Origin: Felis catus
Taxonomy: Eukaryota
Reading direction: 5' to 3'
DNA: 64,000 nt
Assembly (NCBI RefSeq): GCF_018350175.1
Contig: NC_058382.1
Coordinates: 55,306,001-55,370,000 of the forward strand
Part shown: positions 1-12,157 of the stretch, piece after piece
Layout: each line of letters starts with the position of its first letter
Position numbering within the stretch: the first letter of the stretch is position 1
The notes under the pieces: generated by a model
Database searches by the model: none
What the model was told of the DNA's origin: nothing
What the model saw: the letters and a program-made list of their open reading frames with translations, nothing else
Made by a program: the position numbers and the translations under genes

Positions 1-31
1 AAATCAGCTTTATAAGAAACGTTCAAGGGAC

Positions 32-231
32 TTTTTTTTTTTTTTAAACATTTATTCACTTTTGAGAGAGACAGAGCCAGCGGGGGAGGGGCAGACAGTG
101 GGGGGCCGAGGATCCGAAGCCGGCTTTGTGCTGACACAGTGAGCCCGATGCAGGGCTCAATCTCACAAACTGTGAAATCATGACCTGAGCAGAAGGAGGA
201 CGCTCAACTGACTCAACCACGTAGGTGCCCC
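32..231 (-). mobile_element. Carnivore tRNA-derived SINE (SINEC_Fc-like)
   Basis: Poly-T, GA-rich body and reverse-complement SINE head; flanking direct repeat TCAAGGGACTT. Confidence 0.9.
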
Positions 232-446
232 TCAAGGGACTTCTTTACGTGGAAAAGAAAAGCCAGCCCATAACTAGAAGAAAATTATTAAAGGAAAAAC
301 TTCACTGGTAAAAGCAAACCTGTAGTAAAGACAGGAGATCAGTCACTTATAAAGCTAGTACAGAGGTTAAAAGACAAAGTAGGAAAATCAATTATATATT
401 AAAAAAAAATTAGTTAAGGGACACACAAAATAAAAAGATGTAAAAT

Positions 447-676
447 GGTGGCACCTGGGTGGCTCAGCTGGTTAAGCATCCAACTCTGGATTTTGGCATA
501 GGTCATGATCTCACATTTGTAAGATTGAACCCTGTGTTGGGCTCTTTGCTGGCAGCATGAAGCCTGTTTAAGATTCTTTCTCTCCCCCCACTGCTGCCCC
601 CGGCACCCATCCTTCCCTCACTCCCTGTAGTCCTCTCCCCTACTCACACACACTCTCTCAAACATTAAAAAAAAAT
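447..676 (+). mobile_element. Carnivore SINE
   Basis: Head GGCACCTGGGTGGCTCAG, CT-rich body, A tail. Confidence 0.85.
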
Positions 677-784
677 GTAAAATATGATGTCATATACATA
701 AGATGTGGAGTTTTAGACTGTGGAAGTAATGCTTCAAAATTCCTTCTATGAAGCCAGCATTAATTATCCTGAAACCAAAACCAG

Positions 785-810
785 ACACACACACACACAC
801 ACACACACAC
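785..810. repeat. (CA)n microsatellite inside L1 ORF2 remnant
   Basis: Direct reading. Confidence 0.95.
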
Positions 811-1267
811 AAAGGAAATTACACACCAATATCCCTGAGGAACATAGATGCAAAATCTTCAACAAAATATTATAAAACTGAATTCAACAATACATTAAAA
901 GCACCATTCACCACCAAGTGGGATTTATTTCAGCGATGCAAGGTAGTTCACAAATTATCCACAAATCAAAGTAATACATCACATTAATAAAATGAAGGAT
1001 AAAAATCATATTATCTTGATACAGAAAAAGTATCTGACAAAATTCAACACCCATTAATTACAAAAACTCTCAACCAAGTGGGTCTAGAGGGAACATACAT
1101 ACCTCAACATAATAAAACCCATCTATACAAACCCACAACTAACATCATACTCCACAGTGAAAAGCTAAAAGCTTTTCCTCTAAGATCAGGAATAAGACAA
1201 GGGTGTTGACTCTTACACAACACAGTACTGGAATTCCTAGCCACAGCAATGAGACAAGAAAATAAAA

Positions 1268-1420
1268 GGCGTCCATGTTAGGGGGTCCTGGGTCCTGACC
1301 CTGGGGCCAGGGGATCGAGCCCCATATCAGGCTCCGCACTGAGCATGGAGCCTGCTTGGGATTCTGTCTCTTTCTCCCTCTACCCCTCTCCCCTGCTTGT
1401 TCTTGCTCTCTCTTAAAAAA
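1268..1420 (+). mobile_element. Degraded carnivore SINE
   Basis: GGGATCGAGCCCC...GGAGCCTGCTTGGGATTCT, CT-rich body, A tail. Confidence 0.75.
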
Positions 1421-3917
1421 AAAGAAAAGGCATCCAGATTGCTAAGGGAGTACAGCTTTGCAGATGGCATGATACTATATATAGAAAATCCTAGAAACTC
1501 CACCAAAAGAAAACCCATTAGAATAAATGAGTTAAGTTGCAAGATACAAAATTAATATATAGAAACCTGTGGTGTTTCTATATACCAATAGCAAACTAAC
1601 AAAAAGGGAAATTAAAAAAACATCCTATTTGAAATTACATCATAAAGAATAAAATATCCAGAAATAAATGTAACCAAGGAGGTGAAAGACCTCTACACTG
1701 AAACAGTAAGACAATGATGAAAGAAACTGAAGATGACACAATTAGATGGACAGTTACGCCACACTCAGATTGGAAGAATATTGTTAAAATGGCCATGCTA
1801 CCCAAGGCAACCTACATATTCAGTGCAATCCCTATCAAAATGCCAACAGCATTTTTCACAGAAACTAGAAAGTTGTATGGAACTGCAAAGGACCCTGAAT
1901 AGAGAAAGCAGTCCTGAGAACGAATGAAGGTGAAGGTACCACAATCCCAGATTTCAAGATCTACCGCAAAGCTACAATAACCAAAACAGTATGGTACTGG
2001 CACAAAAGCAGACACAAAAATCAACAGAACAGAATGGAGAAACCAGAAATAAAACCACACTTTTATGGTCAATTAAGCTATGACACAGTAGGCAATGATA
2101 TACAATGGGGAAGATAAAGTCTTTTCAGTAAACGTGTTAAAACTGGACAGCTACATGGAGAAGAATGAAACTGGACTACTTCCTTACACGATACACAAAA
2201 ATAAACTGAAAATGAATTAAAGACCTAAATATAAGACTTGAAACCGCAAAACCCCTAAACTCCAGGCAGTAAACTCTTTGGTCGTGGGCCTTAGTGCTAT
2301 TTTCTCTGGATCTGTCTACTCAGGCAAGGAAAACAAAGGCAAAAACAAACAAGCGGGACTACATCAAACTAAAAAGCTTTTGCACAGCCAAGGAAATTAA
2401 AAAACTCGAAAGGCAACCCCTGAATTCATATAACTCAACGGCAAAAAACAGTCTGATTAAAAAATGGGCAGAGGACCTGTACAGACACTTTTCTGAAGAA
2501 GACATGCAGAGGGCCAACAGACACATGAAAAGATGCCCAACATTGCTAACCAGGGAAATGCAAGTCAACACCGTAACGAGATACCACCTCACACCTGTCA
2601 GAATGAATGACTAGTATCAAAAAACAGAAGGAACACATGTTGGCAAGAGTTTTGAGAAAAAGAAAGTCTCAGGCCGTGTTGGTAGGAATGCAAACTGGTG
2701 CAGCCACTGTGGAAACAGTATAGATGTTCCTCAAAAAATTAAAAAAAAAAAAAAACCATACAATCCAGTAATCCCACTTCTTGGTATTCATCCAAAGAAA
2801 ATGAAAACACTAATTGGAAAAGATCTATGCACCCCTGTGTTTATGGTAGCCTTATTTACAAGAACCAAGATATGGAAGCAGCCTAAGTATCATCTACGGA
2901 TAAATGAATGGATAAAGAAAATATGGTATATATAGAATGGAATAGTATTGAGCCATAAAAAAGAATGACATCTTGCCATTTGCAGCAACATGGCTGGACC
3001 TAGAGGGTATCACGTTACATGAAATAAGTTAGAGAATGACAAATACTATGTGAGGTCGCTTAGATGTAGAGTCTAAAAAACCAAACCAACCGAACAAAAT
3101 AGAAATAGACTCGAGTATACAGAACTGGTAGCTGCCAGAAGGTGGGGGGTGGGGAGGGAGTCGGAGAATGGGCAGAACAGCGGAAGATTAAGAGTACACG
3201 TTTCCAGTTAAAAGTCATGGGGATGAAAAGAACAACATAGTAAATGTAGTCAATATTGAAATAACTTTGTATGGTGACAGATGGTAAGTACACTTACTGT
3301 GGTAAGCATTTCCTAATGCATATATTTGCCAAATCACTATGTTGTACAACTGAAACTAATATAATATTGTAGGTCAAATACATACTTAAATTAAAATTTT
3401 AAATTAAAAATCAGTGAAGTAAAACATCCTCTTTCTCCCATGCTGAAATCCAAACTCCTTCCTGTTACAAGTTTTTTTCTTAGCATAACGGAGGGGACGT
3501 TTTGGGTAAGAAAACTGCAGAGTTTAAGGGAAGACCTTGCTTCAGTCATGGCTGGATCCAGGTGCTCATGCAATAGCTCTGTTTCCCTCTCTTTTGACTT
3601 CATTCCCAACTTTCTGTGTGTCATAGCAAAGGAGTCAGTAGCCACTGGAAACGTTCACCACTCTTTCAGCTGATCCCCAAGAAGACAAAGTTTTGGGTTT
3701 TGGTTTATTTATTTATGTTTTTGTTTTGTTTTTTACCAAGAGCACCAACCACAGTCCCATGGATGCTTCTAATTGGCCTGGCTTGGGTCACATGCTCACA
3801 GGCAGTGGGCAGAGGGAATGAGACATTGTTACTGGCTAGACCTGAGTCACATGCCATCCCTGGGGGGGGGGGCATAACCTATGTTCCATCTTGGTTTTCC
3901 GGGGGTGGGGGGCAAGG

Positions 3918-4230
3918 ATAACAGCTTTGAGGTATGATTCATATACCATATAATTCACCCATTTAAGATGGGCAATTCCCTGATTTTTGCTATATTCACA
4001 GTTGTGCAACCGTCACCACGATCAATTTTAGAACACTGTCATCACCCCCAAAAAGAAACTCCTGCTCATTACCTATCTCCACTGACTCCACCCCCACCCC
4101 AGGCAACCACCCCTTTTCTGTCTCTATGAATTTACCCATTCTGGACACTTCATTTAAATGGAATCAAGGGCTGTGGTCTTTTGGAACCGGCTTCTTTAAC
4201 GTTTTCAGGGTTCCATCGTGTTGTAGTGTG
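3918..4230 (-). mobile_element. L1MB-type LINE-1 3' end fragment
   Basis: Reverse complement of typical L1MB 3' UTR (acagcttt..aggtat..ttcacccattt..gttgtgcaacc..atcaattttagaaca). Confidence 0.75.
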
Positions 4231-4240
4231 TGACCTTGCC

Positions 4241-4455
4241 TTTTTTTTTTTTTTTTAACATTTATCCATTTTTGAGACAGACAGAGAGCATGAACGGGGG
4301 AGGGTCAGAGAGAGAGGGAGACACAGAATCCGAAACAGGCTCCAGGCTCCGAGCAGTCAGCCCAGAGCCCGATGCGGGGCTCGAACTCACGGACCGCGAG
4401 ATCATGACCTGAGCTGAAGTCGGACGCTTAATTCAATGAGCCACCCAGGCGCCCC
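4241..4455 (-). mobile_element. Felid SINE (SINEC_Fc-like)
   Basis: Poly-T then reverse-complement SINE ending GAGCCACCCAGGCGCCCC. Confidence 0.92.
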
Positions 4456-4731
4456 ATGACCTCGCTTTTTAAGGGCTTCAGTGATGTGCTGGCTCCCACT
4501 TCCCTTAGGCGGCTCTCCCCCTTCCCTGCTGTGTTCCATGTCAGGCACGCAGCGACTCAGACCCTTTGCGTTCAGGTAGGGACCAGGAGCCCATGCAGAA
4601 TGCACAGATGTACCTGCCCTGGGATCGGGGGCCAGTGTAAGTTACTACTCCGCGTTTCACAGCAAAGCCACCCTTCCTCGTGAACAAGCGTTTTTCAAAC
4701 TGCTTGCTTCCCCTGGAATAAATGATTGTGA

Positions 4732-5055
<324 letters not shown>

Positions 5056-5159
5056 TAGGCCAGCCGCTCCCCCCCCCCGCACATCCCCAGGGCACGCGGG
5101 GTGGGGGGGGTCAGACTTCAGGAAAGCCCCCTCCCACCCCCACCGTTAGAAGTCCCTTT

Positions 5160-5390
5160 GGGGGCGCCTGGGTGGCTCAGTCAGTTAAGTGGTGAAGCGT
5201 CCCACTTCGGCTCAGATCACGATCTCACGGTTCGTTCGAGCCCCGTGTCGGGCTCTGTGCTGACAGCTCGGGGGGATCCTGGAGCCTGCTTCAGATGCTG
5301 TGTCTCCCCCTCTCTCCGCCCCTCTCCCGCTCGCACGCTCTCATAAAATAAATAGACATTCAAAAAAAGAAAGAAAGGAAGAAAGAAATC
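5160..5390 (+). mobile_element. Felid SINE in the last PLCG2 intron
   Basis: GGGGCGCCTGGGTGGCTCAG head, CT-rich body, A-rich tail. Confidence 0.9.
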
Positions 5391-5856
5391 CTTTGGTCCC
5401 TCGACCCTCCGGATCTTTGCCGTATAAATTCACTTATAGTAATTATCTTACGCCTCTGCACCTTCCCTAAGTCAAATTGTCACCGCTAGGAGGAGACGTC
5501 GCTCTAATAGTGAAAATTAACTGTGACCACTACCTTCTAAATAAAGAACCTTATGAAGTTCGCACCGTCCACCCACTGGTTCTGCACTGGGGCAGAATCC
5601 CACCCCCATCCCCAGGGGAGGCTTCGGGTTGTGCTACAGATGGGCTGGGAGGCGGCCAGGTGTGCCTAGTGTCCTGCAGTGTGCCTGGCAGTCCTGCTCA
5701 ACAGAGACCCATCCAGAAGCAAGTGCCAGGAACAGCCTCTAAGGGGAACCAGCGCACAGACTCCTTCCCCATATTTGTTACTCCACCAGCACTGCGGCCC
5801 CAGCACAATGCTAGTGAGGAAGGCCAGTTTCAGAGACGTTCCTGTCTTGCCGGCAA

Positions 5857-6310
5857 GCCCCTCTCCCCCTCCTCCCTCTCTCCCCCCAGTCCCCCTCTCC
5901 CCGCCTCTCTCCCCCAGTCCCCCCTCCCCTCTCCCCCCGTCCCACCCCCCTCTCCCCCCCCCCCGTCCCCCTCTCCCTCTCTCCCTCCAGTCCCCCTATC
6001 CCTGCCTCTCTCCCCCCAGTCCCCCTATCCCTGCCTCTCTCCCCCCAGTCCCCCTATCCCTGCCTCTCTCCCCCAGCCCCCCCTCCCCTCTCTCCCCCCA
6101 TCCCACTCTCCCCGCCTCTCCCCCAGTCCCCCCTCCCCTCTCCCCCCCGTCCCACCCCCCTCTCCCCCCCCCCCGTCCCCCTCTCCCTCTCTCCCCCCAG
6201 TCCCCCTATCCCTGCCTCTCTCCCCCCAGTCCCCCTATCCCTTCCTCTCTCCCCCAGTCCCCCCTCCCCTCTCTCCCCCCCATCCCCCTCTCCCCCCTCT
6301 CCCCCTCTCA
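5857..6310. repeat. C-rich polypyrimidine minisatellite / low-complexity tandem repeat
   Basis: About 30-bp units (CAGTCCCCCTATCCCTGCCTCTCTCCCCCC) plus a larger block repeated at a 210-bp offset (5901-6030 vs 6111-6240). Confidence 0.93.
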
Positions 6311-6424
6311 GCCCTGTTCCATCAGGCCACGGATGCCCTGCAGGGCGTGGACAAAGGTTACACTGTTCCACACATGGCCTGTATCTGAGCCTAACAGATG
6401 ACTGTGAAATCTGTTTTGTTTCAG

Positions 6425-6467
6425 GTTAAGAGAGAAGAGAGTTAGCAACAGTAGGTTTTACTCATAG
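6425..6467 (+). CDS. PLCG2: Phospholipase C gamma 2, terminal coding exon (...R LREKRVSNSRFYS*)
   Basis: TTTTGTTTCAG acceptor ending 6424; phase matches previous exon (AG|G = Arg); TAG stop at 6465-6467; matches the known PLCG2 C-terminal peptide. Confidence 0.95.
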
Positions 6468-6765
6468 ACGCTGGGGCACTCGTGTAAGGGTGTCGTGCCC
6501 GCGTGTGCTCACGTGTAGGAGAATGTCCTCTCTTCAGACCCCGGGGACTTGCTAATCTGCGATGTCTCGTCAAGCCTGGAGTCAAGAGGACACTTTTGAA
6601 GACCCACCTGGCACGAGCTGGGGTGACTTCCTGCTCCTTTCTTCATCTTGGACAATTTCTTAACTTATATTTTCTATAGAGGATCGTAAAAACGTGTTTC
6701 CTCGTTTTTTGGCCTCTCGTGTTCCCAACCTCCTTGAATAAAAGCGGTGAAAATCTCGATCCGTT
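6468..6765 (+). other. PLCG2: PLCG2 3' UTR (end approximate)
   Basis: Sequence between stop codon and first AATAAA plus about 20 nt. Confidence 0.65.
6737..6742 (+). terminator. Polyadenylation signal AATAAA of PLCG2
   Basis: First canonical hexamer downstream of the stop codon. Confidence 0.7.
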
Positions 6766-9623
6766 AGACCTTCTGTGCTCAACCTGTACAGTGAGCAGGA
6801 CCCTTGTCCAGCCTCTAAGGACCCAAGTAATTGACTTCCGAGGAAGATGAGCCCGATACGTAAGGAACGAATTCATTAGATTCGGAAAAGGACTGTAACT
6901 AAAAGGCAAACGGTTCGGCCTTCCCCTGGGCCCCACTAGTGGCCCTCGCCCCGCTGCACCTCTGCCCGGCTTCTCTGCCCCAGGTCAGCTGAGTCAGCTC
7001 AGCACCAAAGCCGCAGTGCTCGCGACAGGCCCGCTGCCGTACCGGAGAGGTGGCTGGGGCGTGCGGTCTCCGTTCGTTAGAACGAGCTCCAGTCCGTGGT
7101 GGACACTTGCTTTGGGACTGGCGTTACCGGGGTGGGGGCCCCTTTGATTTAGAAAGCTGATGGAGAGACCAGAGACCCACTGTAGGCTCGGCCGGCTTCT
7201 TACTCACCCCTGCTCTGCCCACTCACGAGCTGGCTGCAGCTCTCCATGGGCTACCGATTTTTAACACGTGATCAGAATTCAGCTCTCTGTGTTGTTCCAC
7301 TTTGTGGAGCCACGAGCTAAATCTTAAGCTGTAGGAAACTACAGAAAATCCTACACACAGTCATCCCCAAAGAGGCAGACCCACCTGGGACACGAGGACA
7401 CTCCTCTACATCTTGATAGACAATCGAATGATTTGTACAGTGTGATGATTTAAAACGGCATTTTAAAGACAAAGATAGTGTCGAGGTGGACAGTATGACT
7501 CAGTCAAGTCACAACTTGGTCAGACTGGGGCGAAAGGCAATTGCAAGAAAGAATAATGTGTCAGGAGAGGACACAGGAGCAGTGAGCCTGGTGGATTTAC
7601 AGGTTGGAGCTGGGTCCTTGAAGCCCATTCAGGCTCAGCAGGCAAGTATTCTTGCTGGGAAGTACATTAAAACCAGCCAGGCTCTGTCTCATCAAAAGAC
7701 CCTATGCCTTCATCCCACGAAAGCTTTCCAGCACTTCAGTATACCAAGCACTGTCCCCAAGGTCAGGGCTACAATGTAAAAAAAAAAATTTCTAGAGGTG
7801 GGGGGAAAGCCATGGTGACTGCTCGCATGGAACATCTCTGTGAGCTCCTCCAAGACATACGTTGTACCTTCCCCGAAGCCAGGAGCATAGGTGACAGCAG
7901 TCTGAAGGGGTGGGGCGGTTATCTCGCAACATGACCCTGTGATTCCTCCAACCGGAGTTGCGGAATTATTTGGCAGTCAGCAACTGGGCGGAGAATATTC
8001 CTGATGGTGGCAAATGGTCCAAGCAACGTTGAATAAAGGGGAGTTGCAAAGGCACTGAGCTCAGTGCTACAGGGAAGGAATTTTCAGACTCTGTGACCTT
8101 TCTCCGTTAGCCATTGGCCAGGTGGCCACTGGAGCCTAATTATCGCACCCCTACCCCTACCTCCAGGTCCCTTGTGCCTCCATCATGTCCCCCTTTTTTA
8201 GCTCGGGGGTGAGTAAAAGACATAAACCTTTCCACGTCACTCCAGTTTAAAGTCTCGATCCCCTTTCTGCTTAAGATGGCTTTTCTGCTAGTGTCAAAGA
8301 AATGAAGACCGGGCGGCCCAGAAGGAAGAAACAAAGCATCTTTTCAGCTGCTGCCGGGTAAAACCCATACCCAGCCACACCCAGAGACAGAAAGCAGCCA
8401 CATGAAGTGAGGGATATGCTATAAACGATGCTGGGAAGAACTCTTTCCCTCAAACCATCTCCTCCTAAGCACTACCGTGACTTGGATGCACCGTTAGAGA
8501 GCATTTGCTTTGGCTTCCCCCTTCTTTCCTTAACAGAGTAACACATAAATCTCACTGAGAGAGGCGATACTAGGATTCTCACAGGAAAGACACAGAGAAG
8601 GGAAGGGCACAGGTGACATCACTGCTCTTCCCCTCATCTGCCCAGATGCCACATAATCTAAGGATAAACTATCCAGCCAAGACTGGGGCTGGCCGGTCAT
8701 GGAGTCAGTACAGCCAGTGCAGGCTGAGCAGAGCAGCGACAGGAGCATCCGGAGAGACAGCGGCAGCAGGACAGACCCGAACCACGAGTGCGCACGTGTG
8801 CTGGCTGTTTGACCATGTCTCTGGGTTTATCGTTTACTTAGAGGGGCAGTTCTGTTGCGTGGAAAGATAAAGGGGGGATATGCTGGTTACATCATTAGAG
8901 CTGGGGACGCTCAGGCGGTATGAAGTTAAATCACTTCTCTGCTGCGAAACCTGGATATTCTAGCGTGCACAGTTAAGAGGGGTGTAGAATATCACACTTC
9001 CCAAATTAGATCTCTGAGCCCTTTTGCGAAGGGATATTTCATGGGAGCTAGTGCACAGTGCAACACATTTGAGGGCCATCTAGAAGGCAGCCAGCGACAG
9101 AATCTAATAATTGATGTACTTTAAAGACTTAGGGAAATAAAATCTAAATTTAAGCCCCCAAGGCCAATGGTCTTGACGCTGGGCTGGCCTTACCCCCCAA
9201 ATGTCTACCAAGCTTTCCAAGACATACACAGGCTCAAATAGTTTTAGGGGATCAATTTTCAGATCCTTACCTTCCTATTCTGCTCTTTCTTATGACTCAT
9301 CTGACTCAGAAGATGTCTTTTTCTCTCCTCACAAAAGAAAACCTCTCTTTCCCCACAGTCTTAAACGGTAGAGCATGACTCAAGGTAGAAAATTCAAAAT
9401 ACGAGTGTTCGGAAAGTGAAAGCCTCTTAACAATAGGGTACGAATCCTTCTGTGATTCGGGTGGCTCTCAATTCTTTCATTTCAATAAATTTAAAGGAAC
9501 ACCCAAGATTTCTTGGGTATTTTCGCATGTAATTCCAAAGGACTTGGAAGAATTCAGTTATCATGCTACCACAAATCCCCTTCTGTTCCCTGTCTCCTTA
9601 TCTATGCAAAAAAGGATCGCCAC

Positions 9624-9870
9624 GGGGCGCCTGGGTGGCGCAGTCGGTTAAGCGTCCGACTTCAGCCAGGTCACGATCTCGCGGTCCGTGAGTTCGAGCC
9701 CCGCGTCGGGCTCTGGGCTGATGGCTCAGAGCCTGGAGCCTGTTTCCGATTCTGTGTCTCCCTCTTTCTCTGACCCTCCCCCGTTCATGCTCTGTCTCTC
9801 TCTGTCCCAAAAATAAATAAACGTTGAAAAAAAAATTTAAAAAAAAAATAAATAAAATAAAAAAAAAAAA
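9624..9870 (+). mobile_element. Young felid SINE with TSD
   Basis: CpG-rich near-consensus body, long A tail, flanking AAAAGGAT(C/T)GCCAC duplication. Confidence 0.95.
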
Positions 9871-10179
9871 AGGATTGCCACGACTTCCATATATAAAATT
9901 GGTAAGGGGGAACAGAATGGATATTGTGGCCATTCTAACAAAGGTAACACTCATCTGTGCAGGAACGAAATGACTCGGGTGGGAGGCAAAGCTTTCAACA
10001 TTAAGTGACACATTGCCAATGAAATTTTACTAAGTGTAATAATTTACTAAAATTTGTACGTTGTTTATTGATCAAGTTCAATCCAGAAGAAAGTTTCAAA
10101 TACACAGAGCCTTATGACTATAGGATATTATCTAACTTTGTTACAAATATGCAAACAACCAACATAAAAGAAATCATTA

Positions 10180-10300
10180 GGGGAGCCCAGGTGCTCAGTC
10201 GGTTAAGCATCCAACTCTTGATCTCAGCTCAGGTCTTGATATCATCAGGGTCACAAGTTCAAGCCCACATTAGGTTCTGTGCTGGGCATACTTTAAAAAA
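10180..10300 (+). mobile_element. Short carnivore SINE fragment
   Basis: GCTCAGTCGGTTAAGCATCCAACTCTTGAT head and A tail. Confidence 0.7.
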
Positions 10301-10346
10301 AAGTATACGTATGTTTACATGTATATCTCATTAGGCTAAAATGTTG

Positions 10347-10567
10347 AGGGGCACCTGGGTGGCTCAGTCACTTAAGCGTCCAACTTCAGCTCAGGTCACC
10401 ATCTCGCTGTCCGTGGGTTCGAGCCCCGTGTCGGGCTCTGGGCTGACGGTTGGAGCCTAGGGCCTGCTTCCCATTCTGTGTCTCCCTCTCTCTCTGCCCC
10501 TCCCCTGTTCATGCTCTGTCTCAAAAATAAGTCCCAAAAAAAGAAAACATTAAAAATTTTTTTTTTA
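10347..10567 (+). mobile_element. Felid SINE
   Basis: Full head, body and tail; flanking AAATGTTGA duplication. Confidence 0.9.
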
Positions 10568-11917
10568 AATGTTGAAGGGAAATAGAATGAAAATGCAAGT
10601 TCAAGGAGTAAAAGGAAAAAGTATGGTGTTTCCTACCGTTAAAAATTGCCTTATTCATGTGATTTTTTTGAACGGGTGACAGTACCTATCAACTACTATA
10701 TTTAGAGCCTCTAAACTTAGAGGAATGTAACCATTTTACGTAAAGATGCAGTATCTACAATCCATTGGCAACTCAGATCCTTTCCAACTATTTATGATGG
10801 ACAATTTTAGCCAACAGTGTAGAAATGTGCAGGGGGATACTCAGATTTACAAAATTCACTGGAGAGGTCTCTGAGCCATCAATTTTAAGATGCTTGATCT
10901 AAGGCCACTAAATGACACATTGCACTCAGAACGAAGAAGGATGGCTAAAGGGGGCCTAAGTACTTTTAACTTTTAAGTGAATGAAGTTAACTTTCAACTT
11001 GGGTGACCGCTAACTTTTTTCAGACAATCCTAAAAAGCCACACCCTGGCCAACGGAAAGTTAAATAGATTAAGAAATATGCAGAATGACAAAACTGGGAT
11101 TTGAAAAACATTTAAAGATTTGTCTCAGGCCCTTTCCTTTCTGAAATATTTTCTGCTCAAAGAGACCCTACTTCAGTGACCCTGTCTCTCAAAAATTTCC
11201 ACATTTCTTATTTTCCAGTAGGCTTTTAAAAGCTACATTTGTAAACTTGTTTTTCATTATTAAAGCATAATTTATTTTTTATATAAACAGTGTGTGCTTG
11301 TGTGTACATAAATCATGTGAATGAGTCACGCAAATACTGGCTATTGTTAATGTGAAAATTAAATGGCTGTATTGCATTTTTAAAAAATAAAACTTTGGTC
11401 TAAGTGAATACAGCAATCTGCTCAGGACTTTTTTTTTTTTTCTTAATTCTATTCACTTTTCTCCTCCCCTATAATACAGTAAACACTTCAGCCATGAGAT
11501 AGGTACAATGATCATTTTTTTAAAATGTGTTTTTCTAAACTGTTACACTTTTCTCTAGGTTACTGATCTATCTTCCTTACAGCAAAAAATCACTCCATGT
11601 AAAAACCCAAGTTTATACAATACATGACCAGTCTCTAATTTGTCAGTCTTTGGAAGAATATTTGGTGTTAAAGGGACAATGAGCACCTGTATAAGCACCT
11701 GTACTTCTAAACTAAGTGACAGGGCACGTTAGAATTATCAGTCATTCTATTTTCTTGCCAAGGATGCATGGTGCATAGGATACCATGTTGTATATCCTAA
11801 AATTGTCCTACTCCCAACCCTTAGCCACTGATTGCATTAGTCACACTCATCCAAAAACTTCAGAACAGCCTAGGACAAACCCCCGCATTTTTTTTTTCTT
11901 TTTAAAAGAACTTTTGA

Positions 11918-12140
11918 GGGGCGCCTGGGTGGCACAGTGGGTTAAGCGTCCGACTTCAGCCAGGTCACGATCTCGCGGTCCCTGAGTTCGAGCCCCGCGT
12001 CGGGCTCTGGGCTGATGGCTCGGAGCCTGGAGCCTGTTTCCGATTCTGTGTTTCCCTCTCTCTCTGCCCCTCCCCCGTTCATGCTCTGTCTCTCTCTGTC
12101 CCAAAAATAAATAAACGTTGAAAAAAAATTTTTTTAAAGA
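11918..12140 (+). mobile_element. Young felid SINE with TSD
   Basis: Near-consensus body; flanking AAAGAACTTTTGA duplication. Confidence 0.95.
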
Positions 12141-12157
12141 ACTTTTGATTTGGCCTA

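Larger units (their letters stand above)
1..3410 (+). mobile_element. Degraded, internally deleted LINE-1 (L1MA/carnivore type) with ORF2 remnants and 3' UTR; interrupted by three SINEs
   Basis: ORF2-like peptides ([56 protein letters not shown]) in + frames; L1 3' UTR ending in an A-rich tail at about 3390-3410. Confidence 0.9.

Noticed and set aside
5477..6401. Long proline-rich ORFs (303 aa and 240 aa) and the antisense glycine-rich ORF
   Set aside because: They are open only because the C-rich repeat lacks stop codons; they lie in the PLCG2 last intron and overlap in several frames
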